A DNA stretch of 64,000 bases from Octopus vulgaris (GCA_951406725.2 OX597814.1:191394001-191458000); one strand, 5' to 3'; shown: positions 12,951 to 25,732, counted from the stretch's first letter. Made by a program: numbers and translations. Notes: a model not told the origin generated them from the letters alone.

Positions 12951-13458
12951 ATACTTCATGGCGCTATAATCTACAGGCATAACAGTCAAAACATTTCTCC
13001 AGATTATATGTTTAATTATGTTGTTCCAGTATCCCTCCATATTTAACTTACATCACTTGTACCAAATACAATCTTGCAATTATAGTGATTGAACAAAACC
13101 TCACAACTTTCTCAATTAGTCCAGTGTAGAGACACACGTGATTGGCCAGTAGTAATAAAGAGATTCATGGAAAAATAATCAATTATTATAATGCTAAAAG
13201 TGATGGTATAACTGTTCACGCTCTAATATGGAAACATGCTTACGATCTTGATGAATGAACGACATGTGTGAGAGAAGAAAGTTATGAATGAAAAAATACG
13301 AAGCGGCATATAGATTTTAGACTTGATGAAATAATTTTGCTTTAATTTTCAATTTGGTTCAAGTTGATATAAACGATGTAAGCCTACTAATTCTCGACTT
13401 ATTTCTACTTTTAGAATATCTTTAAGAATTAACAAACTGTCAATTTTTCTTCTCGCAG

Positions 13459-13574
13459 AGAAACGCTGAAAAAGAAAAAGAGGCTTTGGACTGGATTGAA
13501 GCCATTCTTGGAGAACCGATTGATCGGAAGAAACCATTTGAAGAAGTTCTTAAAAATGGTATTATTCTTTGCAA
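13459..13574 (+). CDS. Calponin/transgelin-family protein (Mp20/myophilin-like), internal coding exon
   Basis: Acceptor ttcttctcgcag, RNAEKEKEALDWIEAILGEPIDRKKPFEEVLKNGIILC (CH-domain start), donor gtaagt, phase 2. No start codon, so an upstream exon is required. Confidence 0.93.
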
Positions 13575-13932
13575 GTAAGTGTACTTAAAACTGTTGGCGC
13601 TATTTGAGTTTTCATAATTGTTTTAGTCCCAAGTAGTCGTCAGTGTTTTGGTCTCAAAATATTATCGTCTGCTTTTATGGATTTGTTATCTTGAGTAAAT
13701 AGAGCGGCACTCCTAGCGATGCTTCATCAAAATTCAGTGAAGAAGTTCCTTGCCTCGAAGGACAAGAACTGGTATCAGCATGGGATCAAAGAACTGGCAG
13801 AAGCGTGGTTTCAGACATTGCAACACAATGGCCTCTACTTTGAATATTAGGCTGCTTTTGTTCTATGTTGTTGAATAAAGCAAATAAGTTAACAAAATAT
13901 TGCAAAACTTTTGACTCAGCACAATATATGTA

Positions 13933-13937
<5 letters not shown>

Positions 13938-14005
<68 letters not shown>
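13938..14005. repeat. (TG)n microsatellite
   Basis: Perfect run. Confidence 0.98.
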
Positions 14006-14007
<2 letters not shown>

Positions 14008-14027
14008 ATGCATATATGTGTGTGTGT

Positions 14028-14365
14028 GGCGGCGAGCTGGCAGAAACGTTAGTGCGGAAAATAAAGTATTATTTATTGTTATTGAAGACAGTCGGATTTT
14101 GGTTCTTTCTTCGACAATTGTATGTGACAAGATAAGACAGACACCCCTCAAGTGTTCCTGAAACCTTCATCTTGTTACAGCGGTATTTCGTCTGTCGTTA
14201 CGTTCCGAGTTCAAATTCCGCCGAGGTCGACTTTGCCTTTCATCCTTTCGGGGTCGATAAATAAAGTACCAGTTTCGCACTGGGGTCGATGTAATCGACT
14301 TCATCCCTTTGTCTGTCCTTGTTTGTCTCCTCTATGTTTAGCCCCATGTAGGCAGTAAAGAAATA
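14028..14365 (+). mobile_element. SINE family B split by a ~120-bp insertion
   Basis: Head 14028-14060; body resumes at about 14179 agcggtatttcgtc. Confidence 0.75.
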
Positions 14366-14800
14366 TGTGTGTGTGTGCGCGCGCGCGCACGCACACACAC
14401 ATACACGGAACTCTATATAACAATGGGTGTTTTTCATCAAAGAAAAGGGAGATAATTTACTACTACCCTTATAACTAAAAGGGCCTCTGGATAGTAAGAG
14501 CCTTTTTTTGGTTGAAATACAAATATAGGCAATGTCTAACGAAGCAAATAGTATGACTAAATACAGTTAAGTTCTATACATCTTTTTCGATGAAATCGAA
14601 CTCTAAATAATATTGAATGCTTCAATTTTCGTCCATTCTAACATCATATCTATGTGTTCATGTGTGTCAAAAAAGTATACAGTAATATAGATCCATTACA
14701 GCCGATCTCACCAATCTGTTTCGCACCGGATATTGCATAACTTGACAGTTATATTCGGTGCGAAAGTGACTTTAAGATCGGTTATAATGGATTTACAATT

Positions 14801-15030
14801 TTTCTTTACTATCCACAAGGGGCTAAACACAGAGGGGACAAACAAGGACAGACACACGGATTAAGTCAATTACATCGACTCCAGTGCATAACTGGTACTT
14901 ATTTAATCGACCCCGAAAGGATGAAAGGCAAAGTCGACCTCGGCGGAATTTGAACTCAGAACGTAACGGCAGACGAAATACCGCTAAGCATTTCGTCCGG
15001 GTGCTAACATTTCTGCCAACTCGCCGCCTT
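14801..15030 (-). mobile_element. SINE family B, full length
   Basis: Reverse complement of 8154-8384; TSD ataatgg(a/c)tttacaat. Confidence 0.9.
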
Positions 15031-15046
15031 AACATAATGGCTTTAC

Positions 15047-15089
<43 letters not shown>

Positions 15090-15325
15090 AATGAAACATC
15101 TTTATTTAGAGGTGGTTGGTCGTCTGTTAACGAGTTGTTGAAGTGTCTAGTCTAATGGCTTCAAATTGCTTCGTCAGCTATCAAAGAGGCTTATTGAGTT
15201 TAATATTTTTAAGATTTTACTTAAAAATTTTACTCTTCGTCGCTTAAGAAGACAAAAGCAAATCATAACGAACTTTCCCAAATAAAATGATTGTATCTGT
15301 TGGTTTATTATTATTCTTTTCTCAG

Positions 15326-15530
15326 TTTCATCAACAAACTTCTGCCTGGATCAGTGAAAAAGATTGAGAAGAGTGGCACTGGCTTTGTTTTGATGCAGAA
15401 TTTAGAACGCTTCCAAGGAGCACTGAAGAAATACGGTGTCCCTGAAACTGAAGTATTCCAAACTGTCGATTTATATGAAAGGAAAAATATTCCACAAGTA
15501 GTTTTGTGCATTTACGCCATTGGAAGAGTG
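15326..15530 (+). CDS. Calponin/transgelin-family protein, internal coding exon
   Basis: Acceptor ttttctcag, FINKLLPGSVKKIEKSGTGFVLMQNLERFQGALKKYGVPETEVFQTVDLYERKNIPQVVLCIYAIGRV, donor gtaagt; FQTVDLYE is the family motif; phases match both neighbours. Confidence 0.96.
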
Positions 15531-17512
15531 GTAAGTGGAGTAATTTTGAAAAAATTTAATCGTACATAACTCGAAGACATTAATTTTAATATTTACTGTT
15601 GGATAAAATCTAAAGAGTTTATTTTTTAATGATATTTTTTTGCATATAAATAATTATATCTGGTGACTGTCGCATAATTTTTAACATCATCTGTATGGCG
15701 ATGATATGTATGCATATAATGAACAAGAATATGTATATTTTAACCTATGCTTACTCATCTCGCTCTCCCCCCTCTCTCTATATCTATCTATCTATCTCTC
15801 TTTCTTTGTCTCTGAAAATCCTCATCGTTCCATTGAGAAACGTTTTCAAGATTTCTTCATCGATGTTAGTGATGTTTCTGTTTTATTTATTTATTTATTG
15901 GCTTTTTCACGGTTGGTGCTGGCTGATGTTTAAGTTGAATCGTTGATTGCAAAATTGGCATTGAAAATGCAAGGATGATTTTTGACTCAGAGATAGATGT
16001 CAAGCCCTTTAAAATTTTCTGGTTCTTTTTTTTCCATCTCATTGTTATCGAATACCGTCTGCAGCTATGGCTTCCTCCACGCATGTCCGCCAACATTTAT
16101 GGTGGTATTCAGTTACTTCTTCCCAGATATAGAAGAAGAGGATGATGTTCTCGATGGAATCGTGAAATCGTTGATTATAAATAATGAGGCTTTAGATTCT
16201 CTTTGGATTCTGTTCTTGCCAGAATATCGTTGTTTGTCACATAGTCATCTCGTTCGATGTTCAGAATCGATCGTAGTTTTGCTTGTTGAAATCTCTGATC
16301 TTTTGTCTTTCTTCTTTTACTTGTTACAGTCACTGGACTGCGGCCATGCTAAGGCACCACCTTGGTGGGTTATAATCAAAGAAATTGGCCACAGTAATCA
16401 CTGTTTTTTTTAAAACTTTGGTGCTTATTCTATCGATCTTTTTTGCCGAACTGATAAATTACAAGGATGTAAATAAGCCAATACCGGTTGTCAAGTGATG
16501 GGGTGGGAAAAACACACACACACATAAATACAACGGGTTTCCACATAGCTTCAATCTACCAAATTCCCTCACAAGGTATTGCTCGGCCCCGGGCTTATAG
16601 TAGAAGAGGACATTTGCACAAGGTGTTCCATCGGGACTGAACCCAAGATCATGTGGTTGCAAAGCCATACCTTTATCAATATGTTGATTAAGTATCACAG
16701 CTATTTGGCAATGAGGAAAACTCAACAGCTTGAAACACTTAAACATCAGTTTTAAGTTTCAAGGTTAAGGTTGTGAAAATATGGCAGGAAATGTACCGAA
16801 AGGCTTTTGTGGATTACTTGTGGCCGGTTGGTGATGGCATCTTCCAGAGACTAGAAGTTGGAAAAGATGCTGCTGAAATAAGTGAAGACTGATGCTTCTT
16901 TGCTTAGATTGCTTGGAGAGTATGGAAAGATCGACAAGAGAGTTATCAGAGGTGGTTGGTCGTCTGTTAGTGAGTTGTTGAATTGTTTAGTCTAACGGCT
17001 TCAAATTGCTTCGTCAGCTATCAAAATATTGCCGCCTTCAGGTTTCATTAGTGTTGATATTGTCTTAAGCGGTCTGCGGCATGAATAGTCGGGTATAATA
17101 ATGGTCAACATATTTTTGGGTTTCGTTTATCTTGACTTGCTACGAGTCATTTTGAACTCTACAGATTTGCGCTTCAACATCCGCTTTGAGACGTCGATAT
17201 TGTCTTCCATGCTTTCGGATCGAGATGTGTTTTCCAGAGCAAGTGTTGCTTGCAGATTTTAGTGTCATCCTTATCGAAATACATTTTAATATGTGCAACT
17301 TGAGAATCCTTTTTTCCTCTGCATATTTCTCATGAAACTCAGACTATAAGCACCCACAATACAGAAGGATTTGCGTATCGTGTTAGACAGGATTGAGTGT
17401 GGACAAGAAGAAACACAAGAGTGAATGATTGAATGATAGTGGAACTGAATCAGTCAAATCATTCAAGTATTTTCAAACTTATATTTCATTTTTTTTTTTA
17501 TTTACTTTTCAG

Positions 17513-17698
17513 GCTCAAACAAAACCAGATTTCAACGGACCTATCCTTGGTCCAAAGATGGCAGACGAGAACAAACGAGAGTTCACCCAGGAACAGTTAG
17601 AGGCCGGTAAAAATGTTGTCAGTCTCCAGTATGGAAGCAACCAAGGTGCAAGCCAGGCTGGATTGAGCATGGGCAAACAAAGAATGATCGCCGATTAA
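17513..17698 (+). CDS. Calponin/transgelin-family protein, last coding exon (calponin repeat)
   Basis: Acceptor cttttcag, [61 protein letters not shown]-stop; single CLIK repeat [13 protein letters not shown]. Confidence 0.96.
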   Translation, partial: AQTKPDFNGPILGPKMADENKREFTQEQLEAGKNVVSLQYGSNQGASQAGLSMGKQRMIAD

Positions 17699-18078
17699 AT
17701 TATTTCTGCATCATTTTTTTTTAATAGTAAAAAACTCTTGTTTCAATGCTAAATGATAGCAAATCTTAGCTAACAGTATTCAAAAAGAGAGAAAAAACAT
17801 GGGAGGTGGTTAAAAGTCTAAATTTACTGAATAATTTCGAGTAAATTTCTCATTTTTTTTTTGCCTTAATTTTTTTAATGCATTTAATTAGAAGAAAAAT
17901 ATATATACTCCTCATCTGACAACCAACAATCACTTATTTATTTTTTAAAATTAATTTTTTCTCTTTGGTTGCATTCTTTGTAGTTATCAAATCAACAAAG
18001 AAAAATGTCCAAAGTTATATAATAAAATATATACAAAAACGACAAGCGTTTAATATGTTATTTGTGACTATTAACGTC

Positions 18079-18089
18079 AATAAAATAAA
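18079..18089 (+). terminator. Candidate polyadenylation signal of the calponin-family gene
   Basis: Overlapping AATAAA hexamers followed by a TG-rich tract; another AATAAA at 18021. Confidence 0.5.
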
Positions 18090-18157
18090 AACAAAAGAAA
18101 ATGTGTGTGTGTGTGTGCGCGCGCGCTACCAAATAGTTAGAAGAGAATCTAGATGAT

Positions 18158-18514
18158 ACTCTCTTTTATTTGTTTCAGTCATTTGACTGCGGCCATGCTG
18201 GAGCACCGCCTTTAGTCAAGCAAATCTACTCCAGGACTTATTCTTTGAAAGCCTAGTACTTATTCTACCGTTCTCTTTTGCCGAACCGCTAAGTTACGGG
18301 TACGTAAACACACCAGCATCGGTTGTCAAGCGATGCTGGGGGGACAAACACAGACACACAAACATATATATATATATATATATATATATACGACGGGCTT
18401 CTTTCAGTTTCCGTCTACCAAATCCACTCACACAGCTTTGGTTGGCACGAGGGAATGAACCCGGAACCATGTGGTTGATAAGAAAGCTACTTACCACACA
18501 GCCACTCCTGCGCC
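18158..18514 (-). mobile_element. SINE family A
   Basis: Reverse complement of the 9021-type element, with a short internal deletion. Confidence 0.9.
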
Positions 18515-18578
18515 TATGGTTTTTTTTTAGTGAGATCAGAAGCAGAAAGGAAGAGGTTTGCCAATATTCTTCAGCGTG

Positions 18579-18969
18579 CGAGCTGGCAGAAACGTTGGCG
18601 CGCTGGGCAAAATGCTTATCGGTATTTCGTCTGCCGCTACGTTCTGAGTTCAAATTCCGCCAAGGTCGACTTTGCCTTTCATCCTTTCGGGATCGATTAA
18701 ATAAGTTCCAGTTGCGCACTGGGGTCGATATAATCAACTTAATCCGTTTGTCTGTCCTTCTTTGTCCTCTCTGTGTTTAGCCCCTTGTGGGTAGTAAAGA
18801 AATAGGTATTTCTTCCGTCTATACGTTCTGAGTTCAAATTCCGCAGAGGACTTTGCCTTTCATCCTTTCAAGGTCGATAAATTAAGTACCAGTAGCGAAC
18901 TGGGGTCGATCTAATCGACTGGCCCCCTCCCCCAAAATTTTGGGCTTTGTGCCTGAGTAGAAAAGAATG
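18579..18969 (+). mobile_element. Dimeric SINE family B with 12-bp TSD
   Basis: TSD ttcttcagcgtg at 18567-18578 and 18970-18981; internal junction at 18804/18805. Confidence 0.88.
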
Positions 18970-18989
18970 TTCTTCAGCGTGAGGACAAA

Positions 18990-20610
18990 AGCATGAAGTT
19001 TTCCGAATTGCACAAGAGTCTATCAAAGAAAACAGATGTGTTCAAGAAGTGTGTATGACTGGATAATGGCACATTTGCATTTAGCAATTCTGAAAAGAGG
19101 CGTGGACGTGCTGCTATGAAAGGTTACTAAACGTGAAGAATGCATGGGAGAAATGTCTTCCAACCATAGACCCAATGAAAGGACTAGTTATTCTAGATAA
19201 CAGCACTGTGATAGACAAAACAATTAAGGATATGAAGACAGGGAAAGCTTCTGATCAATCAGGAATTACCGCTGAGAGGCTTAAAATATGTGGCGGAGTG
19301 AGATACAGCCTGGTCAATGATGCAGTTATTTGGTTGTACTGGAAGGCATTATAGTCAACGACTGGTGTATGGTGTAGCAGCAATATAGTCAACTGTTTCA
19401 AGATGCTTTAAATAGGACAACTTACAGAGAGATCCTGTTGGAGCAGGTCACGAAGTTACTGAAAGAATTATAGCTCAACTAATTAGGAACAGAATTAGAC
19501 TAGATGATATTCAGTTATGCAGTTTAGCATTGTGCCAGGGAGAGGTGTACTGCAGCTCTCTTTCTAGTAAAGCAACTGTTGAAATATTTCTCCAAAAGTA
19601 AAATTCTCTACCTGGCTTTTGTCGACCAGGAGAAACCCTTCGACAAGGTCCATTGCTCTCTGATCTGGAGGCCGCTGCGGAAGTTAGACGAATGGCTGGT
19701 GAGAACCGTTCAAACCAACTACAAAGGAGCTGTCAGTAAGGTATGAGTCGGCAACGGGTGCAGTAATGAATTCAGTGAACAGGTAGGAGTTCACTAGATC
19801 TCGGTTCTCAGTCTCCTATTTATCATTGCCCTCATGGCAATAACAGCGGAGTTTATGACTGGTTGCCCGTGAGAACTTCTCTATGTTAATGACCTAGTCC
19901 TTATAGCTGGATCTGTTTAGAATTATAAAAAAAATATTACAGGTGCGGAAGCAAAACCTTAAACGGCCTTAATAACTTAGCAAAGACCAAAGTTCTGATA
20001 ACCAGAAAAACAAACAGGGTACTAATCATTTCAGTAAATGGCCCTGTTCGTTATGCAGAAAAAGTGTAGGCATAAAATTTCATACTGTGTATCCAGTATA
20101 AACTACAGACCCATAAGTGGTGCAGTGGAGTCTCAAGAAATTTAAGAAAGAAAGTAGACTTTGGGGTGCATGCGTAGGAGCAACTCACAATCAGAACAAA
20201 GAGGAAATCCTTAAAGGTAGAAGAGAGTTTTTGTTACCTTGGAGATCCAATTAACAGCCAAGGAGGATGCTCTGAAAGTATAGTTGCTAGAATAAGAACC
20301 GGCTGGAAAAGTTCTTTGTTAGTAAAAGGCTTCTATCTCCGAGTGAAAGGTAAGACGTATAGTATTTGTGTATGGCCTGCATTGCTACATAGTAGCAAGA
20401 CATGGGCCCTGGATACAGAGAACCAGTAAAAATCAGAATTGAGCTAGTATGTTTCATTGGATATGCAACAGCAGTGATCCTTTACGATAAGATGCAAATG
20501 CGTTGTGAGAAAAAATGGGTATGAGAAGAATCAGATATATTGTGCAAGAGATAAGACTACGCTGATATGATTATGTGATCCATATGGAAAAGGACAGCTG
20601 CATAAACGAT
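18990..20610 (+). mobile_element. Degenerate RTE-clade LINE (RT region)
   Basis: Frameshifted peptides KAIKDMKTGKASDQSGITAE-like, LYLAFVD.EKPFDKV, FCYLGD; colinear with 22200-23590. Confidence 0.85.
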
Positions 20611-21084
20611 AGTAAACTGGCCATTGTTTGTCCGCGATGCGCCCACCCATACCGAAAATCTATTCTCAATACCGGTAACTCCTACAGGGCTCTGCCCCGC
20701 TTCTGTACCAGATGACTTGCATACCTTCCCTCCTTCTCCACCACCAACAATCGCCCACACTACTGCATGCACCAAAAGGTGATGTTACTTAGGAAATTAT
20801 TAGTAAATTAACAAACCACCTAGCTCTTTCTCCGTATACATAATGGACTAACCAACTGCAGATCATTTATATAATTAATTTATGCATTGACCTACTTATA
20901 TTTGCAGCTGTAACGCTTATATTTACAACGCTACTCACAACCAATAGGGACAATTTTAACATGTTTGAATGATGGTAGGTTAAAGCGAGACCAACTAATG
21001 TGACATGTCTGTTACCAAACGATCACTGAAACCTTTTCAGGTGCCCAATACCATCTCTCCTCCCCATGTTCCCTCTCGCGCCCC

Positions 21085-23700
21085 TTACCCAGTTCTCAGG
21101 ATTGCCACTGTCAATGTAGACACATTGAAAAGTAAGTCTAGCGAGATTGTTGAGCTGTTTGAACGGAGGCATCTTGATGTATGCTGCATCCAAGAAGTAA
21201 GGTGGAGAGGAGCTTCAGCCAGGTTCCTAACAGGCAAGAAAACATAAGTATAAAATCTTCTAGGAAGGTAACAGTAACAAGGTAGGCATACTTCTTGCAG
21301 AGAAATTGGTGGATAAGATCATAGAGGTAGTTAGAGTGAGAGATAGAGTGCTTAAGCCCAGGCTAGTCTTGCAGAATAGCATAGCATCAATTATCTCTGC
21401 CTATGCCCCATAAGCGGGCCTACCAAATGAACAAAAGGACCATTTTAATGATATTCTTCTGCAGGCTACCTCTAAGACGAATGACAAGGATCTCATCCTC
21501 ATGGCTGGGGACTTCAATGGGCATGTCGGACGGCAGCCCAATATTTTCCAAGGTGTACATGGGGGCCATGGAATTGGTTCCCGAAACGAAGAGGACAAGG
21601 CTACTGGAATTCTATGATGCAAATAACCTATCGATCTGCAACACCTACTTCAGGAAACCGACCAGCCACCTGATAACCTACCAATCAGACGGCTACGCTA
21701 GCCAGATTGATTACATTCTCACTAGGCATGGTTGCTCTTAAAAACAAAGACTCTCCCTGGTGAAGAAAGTATCCCCCAGCATAGACTAGCCATTAATGAT
21801 TTTAGACTCTAGGCACGAAGGATGCCAAGAAGCAGACCAATCTAGAAAAGAAAGATTTGGAAGCTTAAGGACTCATGTGCTCAGATTTAGGGACAACCTA
21901 ATTGAGAAATTTGATGAGAGGGAGGAGGAACAACAAATTTGTGACAGAGGGCAACTAGGAATCTCTGCAGGACATCTTGCTGAGAGTCACAGACCAAACC
22001 TGTGGTTGGTGCGAAGTCCCAACCAGACTTAGGGTAACACGGTGGTGGTGGAACGATGTGGTTGACAGAACCATTAGAATAAAAGAACAGGCCTGGAAGA
22101 GTGGGGGTAGAAGGGAACTGTATCAAATATCCAGAAAGGAAGCTAGGAGACCGGTATATCTAACCAAGGGAGAAGCAGAAAAGAAGTTTGCCTATGTTCA
22201 GCGATATCAGGACCAAAGAGCTGAAGTGTTTCAGATTTCAAGACAGCATGTGAGAGAAAATCATGATGTCATAGGAGAAAAAATGTGTCTGCATGGATGA
22301 TGGTGCACTTGCGTTTAATGATTCTGCAAAGAAAGAAGCTTGGAAATGCCATTATGAACGACTGCTGAATGTGGAGAATGAATGAGAGAAGAGTCTGCCA
22401 AATGTTGACCCAATTGAGGGACCAGCTACCAGAATCGACAGTACCTTGGTAGATAAAGCAATTAAGGATGTGAAGAGAGGGAAAGCCTCTGGTCCATCAG
22501 GAATCACTGCTGAGATGCTTAAAGTATCTGGCAGTGTGAGTTATGGTCTAGCCACCCATATTGTAAATCCAGTGGTTCACGAAGGAGTCATACCCAATGA
22601 CTGGTGTAACAGCACCATAGTCAACTGCTACAAAAGTAAAGGTGATGCCTTAGATAGAAATAATTACAGAGATATCAAATTGTTGGATCAGGCGATGAAA
22701 GCTACTAATTAAGGAGAGAGTTAGCAGTTTGGTTTTGAACCAGGGAGAAGCACCACTGATGCTATATTTCTAGTAAGACAGCTGCAGGAGAAATACATAG
22801 CCAAAGATAAATCTCTGTACTTGGCCTTTGTTGACTAGGGATTGATGAGCGGTTGGTGAGAGCTGAACAAGTTATGTACTGGAATGCTACCAGTAGGGTA
22901 AGGGTTGGCAATGAGTACAGCAAAGAATTCAGGGTACAAGTAGGGATTCACCAAGAATCAGTGTTCAGCTCTTTTTAGTTCATCATAGTCCTCCAAGCAA
23001 CAACAGAGAAATTTGTAACAGGCTGCCCCTGGGAACTTCTCTATGCTGATGACCTTGCTCTTATAAAAGATACATAAAAAGTGCAGCAATATCAGAGGAA
23101 AGTTAACAGGGAAACTAGTTTTTGTACATGGAATGCACAAGTATAATAAATGCTAAAAATGTGCAGAAAATAGACTCCACCAACTGCCGGGGGCATGCTA
23201 GAGGTAGTAGATAACTTCCGTTATCTAGGTGACCAAGTTAATAGTAGAGGTGGATGCTCCAAGAGCGTAGCTGTGAGAATAAGATTAGGTTGGGTAAAGT
23301 TCAGAGAGATCCTACCTCTGCTGGCAACAAAGAGCCTCTCCTTCAGAGTGAAAGGCAGATTGTATGATGCCTGTGTGTGAACAGCAATGCTACATGGCAA
23401 TGAAACATGGGCTGAGACAGGCAAGGACATGCATAGGCTTGAAAGAAATGAAGCCAATATCCTTTGCTGTTAGTGCAATGTCAGTGTGCATGTTTGACAG
23501 AGGGTAAGCATCTTGAGAAAAAAGTTAGGCATAAGAAACATCAGATGTGGTGTGCAAGAGAGATTACCGCACTGGTATGGTTATGTGATGCATCAGACAA
23601 ATGGCATCTGTGCTAGTGACATGTAAAAGCACCCATTACATTCTTGGAGTCAAACTGTCCAACCCATGCCAGCATGGACAATGGACGTTAAACGATGATG
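21085..23700 (+). mobile_element. Degenerate RTE-clade LINE (APE plus RT) with 3' UTR remnant and (ATG)n tail
   Basis: LRIATVNV...CCIQEVRWRG, AGDFNGHVG, SQIDYIL (endonuclease); GKASGPSGITAEMLK, LLYADDL, FRYLGD (RT); many stops and deletions. Confidence 0.92.
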
Positions 23701-23833
23701 GTGCCATGCAAAAATACTCAACACAGTACTCTGTTAAGTGGTTGGCATTAGGAAGGGCGTCCAACTGTAGAGGAAATCTTGCCAAATCAGACAATTGGAG
23801 TTTGATGCAACTTTCAGTCTTCCAGCTTCTTAG

Positions 23834-24062
23834 TTCTTTACTGCCCACAAGGGGCTACACACAGAGGGGACAAACAAGGACAGACAAACGGATATAGTCA
23901 ATTACATCGACCTCAGTGTGCAACTGGTACTTAATTTATTGACCCCAAAAGGATGAAAGGCAAAGTCGACCTCGGCGGAATTTGAACTCAGAACGTAGCG
24001 GCAGACGAAATACCGCTAAGCATTTCGCCCGGTGTGCTAACATTTCTGCCAGCTTGCCACCA
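23834..24062 (-). mobile_element. SINE family B inserted into an RTE 3' UTR fragment
   Basis: TSD cttccagcttct on both sides; host spans 23700-24137. Confidence 0.85.
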
Positions 24063-24288
24063 GTTCTTCCAGCTTCTGTTAAACCATTCAACCCATGCCA
24101 GCATGGAAAAATGGACTTTTAAAAGAAGATGATGATGAATATTAGTGGTGGAGTTAATTTGAACTTGAATTAATTTTTAATGAAATATTCAACAACAGCA
24201 ACAAAATATATGAAACAAATATTTTAATAATATAATTATTGATATTTCATAAAATTCAGTCTTGCATGATGTCTAATCACAGCTAATG

Positions 24289-24558
24289 CTATATACTGTC
24301 AGCCACCAACTGAGACATAGTGTGTGTTGGAAGTTTAAGGAATGTGATGGCAGAATGCCAAAGTTCATCACGTTGATTTGTATGCAGCCAGATGCTGTTC
24401 TCTGTGTCGTTCATGTACTTCAGCTGATGTAGGACGTTGTGACATAAGTGGGTCAGGTAGATAGTTACTTGCGACATGTATAGTTTATGTATATCAACTG
24501 CATTACCGATATTTATTACACCGAGAGCAGTTTCCTCAGATAGCAATGCATAACGTTC
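24289..24558 (-). CDS. TEX10: TEX10 (Ipi1 homolog), coding exon 13 (putative last)
   Basis: Acceptor ctcttttctcag, ERYALLSEETALG...VADSI-stop; phase 0 matches the previous exon; ATTAAA on - at 24223-24228. Confidence 0.72.
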   Translation of the reverse strand, partial: ERYALLSEETALGVINIGNAVDIHKLYMSQVTIYLTHLCHNVLHQLKYMNDTENSIWLHTNQRDELWHSAITFLKLPTHTMSQLVADSI

Positions 24559-24637
24559 CTGAGAAAAGAGAGAAAAGAATAATACGTTTAGAAAACATAT
24601 AAACAAACACAGTTAAAAGTAAACATTACAAATACTG

Positions 24638-25052
24638 GGATCTTTTCGGTTTGAACGGCAGTTTTTAAAAAATAATTTCCACGTAACTAAACACTTTTAA
24701 ACTTCGTATACTGGTAGAATGTGTTTATAAAACATCTTTTTCTCTTGGCTTTATTGAGAAAATTCTATAGTTTGTAAGATACTTGTTGCTTTTTTCTTCT
24801 TCAATTTCTGCAATTTCAACCAATCAATGACGTCTATTGAGGTGAAAACATTCTGTGCCGTATGAATATGTCCCTCATTTAAGAAACAGATTGGGTTTAT
24901 TTACATTTCTGAAGAAAAAAAAGATACCCTTCCCCCCATCCCTAACCCTAAAACAGATTGAAGTGCAATAGATCGATACTAGGGTCATAATTATGGGCGA
25001 CAATTTCATATGACACCGCTAGAAAAAACTGCTGTTCAAACCGAAAAGATCC
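24638..25052. mobile_element. MITE with GGATCTTTTCGGTTTGAAC TIRs (Mutator-like)
   Basis: About 30-bp TIRs, 9-bp TSD caaatactg; close copy at 60425-60834. Confidence 0.85.
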
Positions 25053-25472
25053 CAAATACTGTAATCACTGTTTATTTGAAGGTCTGTAACTCTTGCTTCC
25101 TTGAGACAGCATTCACCCGAGTTGGGTTGAGCTGGCTTCATTCATCCTCAACCCACCTCAGGTGAATGCTATCTCAAGCAAGAGTTACGGGCCTTCAAAC
25201 AATTTGAAGCTAACGACCGCGTGATCTCCAACCACTCCCTATTCAAAGAGTACATCCAGCCAGTGATGATTTACGGCAATGAAACATGGGCTTTCAGCAC
25301 TACCATCATGAAAACCCTTGTTATAGACCAACAGAAAATGCCTGTAACTCATGTAGTGTCAATGGATATCAATTAGAGATCAAGGTTTTTCTTTCATTAG
25401 TGATTCACTAGAGTCAACCCATGACCCATGATATGCCAACAGTCAACTGTGTCAATGAGAGAATCTCTACAC

Positions 25473-25732
25473 CAGTGTTTCTTAACCATTTTTTACTTGT
25501 GGACCCCTTTGATATCTATTTTACTTGGATGGATCCTCAGAGCCATTTGATGTTAAAAAATACAAAAACAAAAACAAAACTGTTTTTATCATTCAATATC
25601 ATTAGGAACTGTATAAAAAAATAAAAATGTTTAGAGTATTCTAGAAGTATAACTAATTTATTGCACATAAATTTTAATAAAAATCCTCTATGAACCTCCA
25701 AGGGCCATACGAACCCCGACTGAGAACCACTG
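25473..25732. mobile_element. hAT/Charlie-like MITE
   Basis: cagtgtttct...agaaccactg ends; 8-bp TSD ctctacac / ctgtacac. Confidence 0.8.
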
